Source: Actinomycetota bacterium
Lineage (GTDB): Bacteria; Actinomycetota; UBA4738; HRBIN12
Assembly: GCA_046716145.1 (NCBI GenBank)
Contig: JBKJXU010000304.1
Location: 1-62,836 of the forward strand
Length of the DNA stretch: 62,836 bases
Direction of reading: 5' to 3'
The stretch's first letter is position 1, and the number at the start of each line of letters is the position of its first letter. A model generated the notes under the pieces. It worked only from the letters and a program-made list of their open reading frames with translations. It searched no databases and was not told the origin of the DNA. A program made the translations under genes and the position numbers. Below are positions 55,647 through 62,836 of this stretch, piece after piece.

Positions 55647-56548
55647 GCCGCCGCGTCCTCATCCACGAACTCGCGGAACAACTCCGCCAGCGACTTCTCC
55701 ACGCGCGCGAAATGGGTCACGTCGCCCTGGGCCCGGGCGACATCGAGAAGCCGTTGCGGATCGGCATCCTTCGACAGCGCCAGGACCACACCGCCGGGGG
55801 TCTGCTCTTCGAGGGCGGCGCCGGGCACGACCTCCCACCAGCGTTCGGCAGCACCTGCGACATCGATCTGCAGGAGGTCACGGGAGCGCGAACGCCGCAG
55901 CGCCGCGATCGTACCGGCCGCGACGATCCGGCCGCGATCGATCAGGACGACCCCGTCGCAGAGCCGCTCGACCAGGTCCAGTTGGTGGCTCGAGAAGACC
56001 ACGGGGACGCCACGCCCGCGCGCTTCCTCGAGCAGCACGTCGGCGAGCACATCCACGCCGGTGGGGTCCAACCCGGAGAACGGCTCGTCGAGGACGAGCA
56101 CCTCCGGCGCGTGGATCATGGCGGCCGCCAGCTGCACGCGCTGCTGATTGCCCAGAGACAGGGCCTCGACCCGATCGGTGAGCGAAGCCTCGACCTGCAG
56201 CCGTGCGAACAGATCCCGCCCGCGAGCCGACGCGTCGTCTCTCGTCAAGCCGTGGAGCCGGCCGAGGTAGGAGAGCTGCTCCAACACCCGCATCCTCGGG
56301 TACAGCCCGCGCTCCTCCGGCATGTAGCCGAAGCGCCGATGATCGAGCATCCCCACGGGCTCGCCGCGGAACCGGACCTCGCCCGCATCGGCCTGCAGGA
56401 CGCCCATCGCGATCCGCATCGCGGTCGTCTTCCCGGCGCCGTTGCGCCCGACGAAGCCGATGAGCGCGCCGGAGGGCACCGTGAACGAGACGCCGTCGAG
56501 CGCGACGGTGTCGCCGAAACGTCGATGGAGGCCGATGAGTTCGAGCAC
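55643..56548 (-). CDS. ABC transporter ATP-binding protein (NatA-like)
   Basis: Walker A GRNGAGKTT, signature LSLGNQQR, Walker B VLVLDEP. The GTG start at 56548 is inferred. Confidence 0.82.
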   Translation of the reverse strand: MLELIGLHRRFGDTVALDGVSFTVPSGALIGFVGRNGAGKTTAMRIAMGVLQADAGEVRFRGEPVGMLDHRRFGYMPEERGLYPRMRVLEQLSYLGRLHGLTRDDASARGRDLFARLQVEASLTDRVEALSLGNQQRVQLAAAMIHAPEVLVLDEPFSGLDPTGVDVLADVLLEEARGRGVPVVFSSHQLDLVERLCDGVVLIDRGRIVAAGTIAALRRSRSRDLLQIDVAGAAERWWEVVPGAALEEQTPGGVVLALSKDADPQRLLDVARAQGDVTHFARVEKSLAELFREFVDEDAAA

Positions 56549-56638
56549 GGGCTCGAGCCAGGATAGGCGAGCACCCGCGATCGACCCGCCATCTGCGCGA
56601 GCGAACGTTCGCACCGACGCCCGGTACCATCCTTCGCG

Positions 56639-57643
56639 ATGTCCGCTCCCGTCATCTACGCCGAGGCGCTCGAGAAGCGATTCAAGACGGTCGAAGCCTT
56701 GAAGGGGGTCGACCTGGAGGTCCAAGCCGGAACCGTCGTCGGCCTGCTCGGGCCCAACGGGGCGGGGAAAACGACGGCGGTCCGGATCTTCACGACCCTG
56801 CTGCGTCCCGACGGTGGGCGAGCCGAAGTCGCAGGGCTCGACGTCGTCCGCGACGCCGAGGCCCTGCGTTCCCACGTCGGGTTGGCAGGGCAATCCGCCG
56901 CGGTGGACGAGAACCTGACCGGGATCGAGAACCTGCGGATGGTGGGTCGGCTCTACGGACTGCCCAAGGCCGAGGCGGCTCGGCGCGCGACCGAGGTCCT
57001 CGATCGGTTCGGTCTGGCCGAGGCCGCGGGGCGATCGGCGAAGACGTACTCAGGCGGGATGCGCCGCCGCCTGGACCTCGCAGCGAGCCTCGTCGGGCGG
57101 CCGGAGATCCTCTTCCTCGACGAGCCCACCACGGGCCTTGACCCACGCAGCCGCATGGACGTATGGGCGTTCATCCGCGAGTTGCAGGCCGACGGGACCA
57201 CCATCTTGCTCACCACCCAGTACCTGGAGGAAGCCGACCAACTGACAGACCGGATCGCCGTGATCGATGTCGGAACCGTCATCGCGGATGGGACCTCCGA
57301 TGAGCTGAAAGCCCGGATCGGTGGCGAGGTGCTCGAGGTACACGTGGAAGACCGTTCACGGACCGGTGAGGCGGCGTCGGCGCTGGCGGGGGTCGGCTCC
57401 GGGGGCCACACCGTGGACGAGGCGGAGGGGCTCGTGCGCATCCCGGTCGGCGACGACGGTTCCGGCGCGCTCTTGGATACCGTGCGGCGCCTGGATGAGG
57501 CCACCATCGTGGTCGAGGCGATCGGACTGCACCGCCCCACGCTCGATGACGTGTTCATGGCGCTCACCGGCCACGCAGCCGAGGATGGGGTCGAGGCGGA
57601 GCCACGCGGAGCCAAGCGCCGTGGCAAGAAGGGTGCCGCGTGA
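56639..57643 (+). CDS. ABC exporter ATPase, DrrA/daunorubicin-resistance type
   Basis: Walker [10 protein letters not shown], signature YSGGMRRR, Walker [14 protein letters not shown]. Confidence 0.88.
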   Translation: MSAPVIYAEALEKRFKTVEALKGVDLEVQAGTVVGLLGPNGAGKTTAVRIFTTLLRPDGGRAEVAGLDVVRDAEALRSHVGLAGQSAAVDENLTGIENLRMVGRLYGLPKAEAARRATEVLDRFGLAEAAGRSAKTYSGGMRRRLDLAASLVGRPEILFLDEPTTGLDPRSRMDVWAFIRELQADGTTILLTTQYLEEADQLTDRIAVIDVGTVIADGTSDELKARIGGEVLEVHVEDRSRTGEAASALAGVGSGGHTVDEAEGLVRIPVGDDGSGALLDTVRRLDEATIVVEAIGLHRPTLDDVFMALTGHAAEDGVEAEPRGAKRRGKKGAA

Positions 57644-58473
57644 GCGCGACGGTCGCCGAGCGTCGCCACGGCCGGATCAGCCGGTCGTTCACCGACGGTC
57701 TGATCGTCGCCAGACGGAACCTGATCTCGATCTGGCGCGTGCCAACGGTCCTCGTCTTCGAACTGGTACAGCCCGTGATGTTCGTGCTGTTGTTCCGCTA
57801 CATCTACGAGGACGCGTTCGCGAACCTCCCGGTGGACTACGTCCTCTTCCTGATGCCGGGGATCTTCGTACAGAACGCCATCTTCGGAGCCACGACGACC
57901 GCGATCGGCATCGCCGAGGACCTGAAGAAGGGGCTCATCGACCGGTTCCGCTCGCTCCCGATGGCCCGATCGGCCGTGCTGGCGGGTCGTACCACCTCGG
58001 ATCTGGTGAAGACGACGTTCCTGGTGACGCTCATGATCGGCATCGGGTACCTGGTCGGGTTCCGATTCCTCGAAGGGTTCCTCGCGGCTCTCGGCGTGGT
58101 GGTGCTGGTGATCGCGGTCGGATTCACGTTCTCGTGGATCTCCGCGACGCTCGGGCTCGCCCTCAAAGAGGTCGAAGCCGTCCAGGCGGCCTCGTTCACG
58201 TGGATCTTCCCGCTGGTCTTCGTGTCGTCGGCGTTCGTGCCGGTGGAAGGGATGGCCTCGGCGTTGCAGGTGGTGGCTCGCAACAACCCCATCACCCACT
58301 GGTGCAACCTCGCCCGGTACCTCTCGCTCGGCGAGGTCGGGATCACCGATCCGGTGACGGGCCTCCCCGTGGATACCTTCGAGGCGCTCGTCCTCAAGTC
58401 CATCGTGTGGATCGTAGGGCTGCTCGCGGTGTTCATCCCGCTCGCCATCCGGCTCTACCGCCGACTCGACTGA
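57640..58473 (+). CDS. ABC-2 exporter permease, DrrB type
   Basis: A 4-nt overlap joins it to the ATPase gene. It has six TM helices. Confidence 0.82.
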   Translation: MSATVAERRHGRISRSFTDGLIVARRNLISIWRVPTVLVFELVQPVMFVLLFRYIYEDAFANLPVDYVLFLMPGIFVQNAIFGATTTAIGIAEDLKKGLIDRFRSLPMARSAVLAGRTTSDLVKTTFLVTLMIGIGYLVGFRFLEGFLAALGVVVLVIAVGFTFSWISATLGLALKEVEAVQAASFTWIFPLVFVSSAFVPVEGMASALQVVARNNPITHWCNLARYLSLGEVGITDPVTGLPVDTFEALVLKSIVWIVGLLAVFIPLAIRLYRRLD

Positions 58474-58726
58474 TGCTCGGGTTCGAAGGCGATAACGCAC
58501 GGGCTCGGGCGCGATGCTGACTGGAGGTGCACGCCGAGACTGCCGGTTCGGGTCGACGCGCTTGTAGCCGGTACCTTCGATCGCCCTGGAGTGCGCCCCA
58601 GACGTCGGCCGGTGCGTCGGGCGATGTGAGGACGCCCCGTCCTTCCAATCCAGCCGTTCGGCTTCAGCCCGATCCGACCCGTGCCCCGCGACTGCACGAT
58701 GTCCGATAGTAGATCGGGAACCGTCA

Positions 58727-59562
58727 CTACCGCAGCAGGCGGGACATCCGTCGGTCGGCCAGGACCTTCCCGCCGGTCTGGCACGGGGGCAGTAGACGAC
58801 CTCGTGGTCCTCGTAGGAGACCCGGCGCAGGTCCGCCCCGCAGCGCGGACACGGCTGCCCCGCACGGCCGTGGACGGCGAAGTGCTCGCCCAACTTCGTC
58901 GGGAGACCTCCGGAGCGGGCGCGCTCCGCGGCAAGGGCACGGTCCACCACGAGACGGATCGCGGCCAGAAGTCCCGTGCGCGCAGCCGCGTCGAGTTTCG
59001 CGAGCTGCGAGGTCGGAGAGAGCAGCGCCTCGTGCAAGGCGTCGTCCGTGTAGCCACGGCCCAAACCGCAGACGGTCCGCTGGTCACGCAGGATCGTATG
59101 GACCCGGCGGTTGTCATCCGCCGCCAGGATCCACGCGTCGGCCTCGGGCGTGCCGATCTCCGGACCCAAGGCCGCGAGCGGGCCGTCGTCGCCGGCCTCG
59201 AGCACCCACCATCCAGCCTTGCGCTGCGTCCCGAACTCCTTCACCAGGATGCTCGGGCGGCCCTGCACGCGGAACCGCACCACGGCCCCGCGAGGCTTCG
59301 TGGTCTTCGGTGGATCCTCGACGTCGACGCGGCCTCCTTGGGAGAGGTGGACCAGGAGGCGCCGGCCACCCGCGAACCCGAAGACCAGGAACTTGCCGAA
59401 GCTCGTCACACCCTCGATGAGGGTGCCCTCGAGTTCGGTGGGACGCGGCGCGTAGGTCTTCAGCGACGAGAACTGCAGCGGGTCCGCGCCCGCGAACTCG
59501 GCGCCCGCGGCGACCTCGTGCAGGCGCTCAGCGAGCGCGCACATCTGCGGTAGCTCGGGCAT
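58727..59562 (-). pseudogene. nei: Fpg/Nei family DNA glycosylase with a 1-nt frameshift before the last zinc-finger Cys pair
   Basis: The catalytic N-terminus is MPELPQ, with an H2TH region. The finger begins CPRCGADL...VVYCPR. It continues correctly ([18 protein letters not shown]-stop at 58727) only after a +1 shift near 58784-58790. Confidence 0.72.
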
Positions 59563-59622
59563 CGCCGGCTCACCCCGCGAGCGCCGCCGCAAGCCCGGCG
59601 GTGAGATCCGGAAGTCCTGGGC

Positions 59623-59832
59623 TCACCTGGCCAGCTCCTGGGTGACGGCCTCGAGCAGGTCCTTCGATGCAGCCGCCACCCGGTCGACCGCGTCGTCGAA
59701 CGCGTCGCGGTGACGCGCGGTCGGCGCCGCGAACCCGCTCACCTTCCGGACGTACTGCAACGCCGCCGCTCGGATCTCATCCTCGGGCACGACCTCGGCG
59801 CCTTCGCGCAGTCGTTTGATGCTTCGGCACAT
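59623..59832 (-). CDS. DUF2277 domain protein
   Basis: MCRSIKRLREGAEVVPEDEIRAAALQYVRKVSGF matches the conserved DUF2277 N-terminus. Confidence 0.7.
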   Translation of the reverse strand: MCRSIKRLREGAEVVPEDEIRAAALQYVRKVSGFAAPTARHRDAFDDAVDRVAAASKDLLEAVTQELAR

Positions 59833-59860
59833 GCCGCGCACCCTACCGCGGCGGTGCGGT

Positions 59861-62059
59861 TCAGGAACGGCCGGCTCCTTCACGGACGCGGCGGGCCGCG
59901 GTGCGGGCGCGCGCCAGATCCTCAGGTCCGGGGCGCGCCGTCGGCGGCGCGAACCGGGCGCGCTCGATGGTCCGCACGACGACCTCGACCTCGTCACGGA
60001 GCGAGGGCTCCAGTGCCCGATCGATCGTGACGGCCGCCAACACCTCGGAGGGAGTGGCGCTCGGGTCACGACGCAGCCCCCGGGCGGCCAGCGCCTCCAT
60101 CGTCTCCTCGTAGGCGCGACCGGCCTCATCACGGAGCGGCCGGTCCCGTCCCGATCGTGTCCGACGCCGGCGACGCCGCAGCACCAGCAGGCTCCCCGCG
60201 AGCACGAGCAGACCAACGCCGGCCGGCCACGCCCCGGCGAGCGCCCCGCCCGCCTGCGCCACGGCCCGCGCGGCGTTCCCGGCCGCCTGCTTCACGGCCT
60301 CCGGTACCGCACCGCTCACGGCTCGCCCGATCGCCGCGAACAGCTCGGGCGCCATGAGCCTGCTCCCCCACGAAGGCTCGGCCGACGGCACACCGAACGT
60401 GGGGTCGAAGGTCATCCATCCGAGCCCGTCGGGCATGAGGACCTCCACCCACGCGTGCGCGTCGGACTGGCGAACCTCGAAGTAGCCGGTGAGCGGGTTG
60501 CGCTTTCCCGGGCCGAACCCGGTGGCGATCCGCGCGGGGACGCCGGAGGCGCGCAGCAGGATCGCCATGGCACTCGCGATGTGCTCGCAGAACCCTCGGC
60601 GCGTCTCGAACAAGAAGTGGTCGACGGCATCCACGCCCTCGGGCTCCCGGGCTACGCCGAGGTCATACACCGTGTTCCCCTGCAGCCAGGCTTGGACCGC
60701 GAGCGCCCGTTCGTAGGGGTTGCGGGCGTCGGCGGTGATCTCCTCCGCCAGATCGACGACGCGCTGCGGCATGTCAGCGGGCAGTTGCAGGTAGCGTCTG
60801 AGTGCCTTCACCGCGGCCGCCGGCGGGTCGGACATCCGCTCCAGCAGCCGTGTGTCGAACACCGGCACCTCCGAAAGCACCGAGTAGACGAGGCCCTCTT
60901 CGAGCACGATCGGCGAACGCACGGTGCCGAAGCGATCGGCGCGCAGGCCTCCGGACGGGAAGTAGACCTCGCTCACACGGGCCGCGCCGAACAACACGTT
61001 CGGCTGGTCCGACTCCAGGTAGAAGGTCTGCAGGACCTGCCGCGTCCCCAACGACTCGCCGAAGTCACCGACCGGCACGGTCGGCGGCTCGTCCGGGAAG
61101 CCCGCTTCGACCGACTCCTGCGAGGAGTCTGACGGCGTCCAGATCCGTCCGTCGAAGGTGTCGAACACGTCCGCCCGCCACAGCGCCGCCTGGTCGGCAC
61201 GTACGCGGAAGGCCAACTCGTCCGAGAGGATCCCACGAGCACGCAGATCCATCGCACCGCTGAACCCCGGGTAGGCATCGGGGGCGAAATCGACGACGCC
61301 GTCGGTACCCGCCGGCGGCAGACCGAGGTTGGAGGTTGACGCGGCACCGTCGACCGCAGGGGGCAGCCCCTGATCGCCGAGCGAGAACGGTGGCGTCCGC
61401 ACCAGCTGCGCAGGCAGGCGAGGGGTGACGGCGAACAGGGCGATCCCCAAGACGATCGCGGTCAGGCCGGCCACGGCGACCGAACGCGACCGTGCGAGGT
61501 GTGGCCACCGCGAACCGGGGGTGCGCCGCGCCGAAACGGGCTGGGTCACATCGGCGGGAGGGGGCTGCGAGGACAACCACAACCACCCCGCGGCGAGCCC
61601 CGCCCACCCCAGGACCAGCCAGACGACGGCCCCCGAGAGCGAAAGGACCCCTGCGACGGCCACGAGCGTCGTGGAGGACACCATCGAGAACGCCAGGTCG
61701 CGCCGCCGCGGCACGTCGAACGCGTGCAGCACCTGCACCCAGAGGAACAGCCCCGCCAACGGGATGCGGGCCTGGTCGACGGTACGGATACCACCGACCG
61801 CGCGGAAGAAATGCGCCAGCGCCACCAAGAGCGCGAGCGACAGCGCGATCTTCACGAGCACCGAGGGCGTGGCGCGGCGCCGGTATGAGAACAGGTAGCC
61901 CAGCGGCGCCAAGACGAGCGCGCCGGCGGCCGCCGCCGCATCCACCGCTCCTTGCAACACGAGGGCGATCACGCCCAGCTCCACCGCGAGGGCGACCACG
62001 ACACGCAGAGCGACCGAATCCTCCGGTGGGGAACCCTGCCGACGCCACTCGATCTTCAT
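59861..62059 (-). CDS. transglutaminase-like membrane protein (DUF3488 - TGase core - DUF4129 architecture)
   Basis: A polytopic N-terminal domain. The catalytic Cys is in RRGFCEHIASAM, and the His and Asp contexts are DAHAWVEV and MTFDPT. A C-terminal TM and tail follow. Confidence 0.85.
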   Translation of the reverse strand: MKIEWRRQGSPPEDSVALRVVVALAVELGVIALVLQGAVDAAAAAGALVLAPLGYLFSYRRRATPSVLVKIALSLALLVALAHFFRAVGGIRTVDQARIPLAGLFLWVQVLHAFDVPRRRDLAFSMVSSTTLVAVAGVLSLSGAVVWLVLGWAGLAAGWLWLSSQPPPADVTQPVSARRTPGSRWPHLARSRSVAVAGLTAIVLGIALFAVTPRLPAQLVRTPPFSLGDQGLPPAVDGAASTSNLGLPPAGTDGVVDFAPDAYPGFSGAMDLRARGILSDELAFRVRADQAALWRADVFDTFDGRIWTPSDSSQESVEAGFPDEPPTVPVGDFGESLGTRQVLQTFYLESDQPNVLFGAARVSEVYFPSGGLRADRFGTVRSPIVLEEGLVYSVLSEVPVFDTRLLERMSDPPAAAVKALRRYLQLPADMPQRVVDLAEEITADARNPYERALAVQAWLQGNTVYDLGVAREPEGVDAVDHFLFETRRGFCEHIASAMAILLRASGVPARIATGFGPGKRNPLTGYFEVRQSDAHAWVEVLMPDGLGWMTFDPTFGVPSAEPSWGSRLMAPELFAAIGRAVSGAVPEAVKQAAGNAARAVAQAGGALAGAWPAGVGLLVLAGSLLVLRRRRRRTRSGRDRPLRDEAGRAYEETMEALAARGLRRDPSATPSEVLAAVTIDRALEPSLRDEVEVVVRTIERARFAPPTARPGPEDLARARTAARRVREGAGRS

Positions 62060-62836
62060 GCCGGCACCACCTCGGCGCCGAGGGCCCGGTCAAGGTCCGC
62101 GTCGGGTGCCCACCAGAAAGCCTCGACGCCCGCCCGCGAAAGGACATCGAGCACGCCGTCCCGCTCAGCTCCCTCGCCGTCCCCGAGCCCGACCATCACC
62201 GCGACCACCCGCTGGACCGGGAGGTCGCCGAGGACCTCGGCGAGGACGCCGACGTCCGCGTCCGCCCACGCGGGCGTCGCCACCACCAGCGTCTCGATGC
62301 CTCGCAGGTCCTCAGGCCCCAGCCCTTGCACCACCGATGCGAGCGGCGAGCCTGTCCACCGGAGCCGGGCCAGCCACCGATGGATGCGCGCGCCGTCGGC
62401 ACGCATGAGCACGTCGATACCGTCGGAGCGCCCGGCGATCGGCCGGATGCCGTGACCCGCGGCCTCGGCCGCCTCGACCAGGGAGGCAGCCACGGCGCAG
62501 CATCGATCGAGGGGGGTCCACGCGCCCGGCGTGTCGCGCTCCGTGTCCACGACGACCGCGAGGCGGCGCGTCTTCTCTTCCTCGAACTCGCGGACCATCA
62601 CCTGTGCGTGGCGGGCGGTCAGGCCCCAGTGGACGTGCCGCATGGGGTCACCCGGGCGGTACTCGCGCACACCGAGGTAGTCCGGCCCATGGCCGCGGCT
62701 GGGCGAGGGATGGATGGCCGGCTCGTAGGTGGGGACGGGCTCGACGAACGGCAACGGACCGAGCGGGAAGACCCGCGGAAGGACCAAGGTAGTGGCCTCG
62801 ACCGGGAGGTGGCGGCGCCGTTCGGCAACGCCGAAC
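62056..62836 (-). CDS. DUF58 (vWA-like) protein, 5' end beyond the window
   Basis: GVREYRPGDPMRHVHWGLTAR is the DUF58 signature. The frame stays open to the right edge, and the 3' end overlaps the transglutaminase start by 4 nt. Confidence 0.8.
   Translation of the reverse strand, partial: FGVAERRRHLPVEATTLVLPRVFPLGPLPFVEPVPTYEPAIHPSPSRGHGPDYLGVREYRPGDPMRHVHWGLTARHAQVMVREFEEEKTRRLAVVVDTERDTPGAWTPLDRCCAVAASLVEAAEAAGHGIRPIAGRSDGIDVLMRADGARIHRWLARLRWTGSPLASVVQGLGPEDLRGIETLVVATPAWADADVGVLAEVLGDLPVQRVVAVMVGLGDGEGAERDGVLDVLSRAGVEAFWWAPDADLDRALGAEVVPA

Noticed and set aside
58474-58726. A 250-nt gap between the DrrB-type permease gene and nei as a small gene or ncRNA
   Set aside because: All frames give low-complexity Arg/Pro-rich peptides. 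Part of the apparent gap is explained by the frameshifted nei C-terminus, and no conserved structure was seen.
1-62836. Search for an integrase, transposase, excisionase or relaxase that could service the array
   Set aside because: No ORF in any frame shows tyrosine-recombinase (R..HxxR..Y), serine-recombinase or DDE signatures. This absence is reported as part of the finding rather than called as a feature.

Overview
High-GC (about 70%) actinobacterial-type chromosomal window with about 75 genes, many joined by 4-nt ATGA/GTGA/TTGA start-stop overlaps. The left 7.6 kb stands out. An intact tRNA-Leu(TAG) at 219-303 is followed by six or seven tightly packed one- or two-gene cassettes. Their cargo is an esterase with a nonsense codon, a SnoaL-like protein, a membrane protein plus an HD-GYP/LuxR regulator, a SAM methyltransferase, a VapBC toxin-antitoxin pair and a nucleotidyltransferase. 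Each cassette ends in the same-orientation composite repeat of about 150 nt. That repeat contains a GCTCAC direct repeat, then 3-5 CGACAC iterons phased at 10 bp, then a copy of the 3' half of tRNA-Leu that begins exactly in the anticodon loop. No integrase, transposase or excisionase is visible in the window. I read the locus as a tRNA-anchored, integron-like cassette array, or as serial accretion of integrase-less mini-elements, and I do not recognise it as a described system. The rest is mostly core and accessory metabolism. It includes a decayed adenylate-cyclase/TPR region, an ECF sigma/anti-sigma/ABC module and a TetR-cupin/LLM-oxidoreductase/dihydropyrimidinase/carbamoylase cluster with a Pot-type ABC importer. 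It also includes the conserved actinobacterial block mec-E1-cysO-cysM-murI-MBL-rph-rdgB, selD, fabI/inhA, two ABC exporter pairs, a Nei glycosylase and a DUF58-transglutaminase pair. Several genes carry single-nucleotide frameshifts, some at short homopolymer runs, so assembly error versus real pseudogenisation must be resolved. Many long ORFs in the track are GC-driven shadow frames and were not called.
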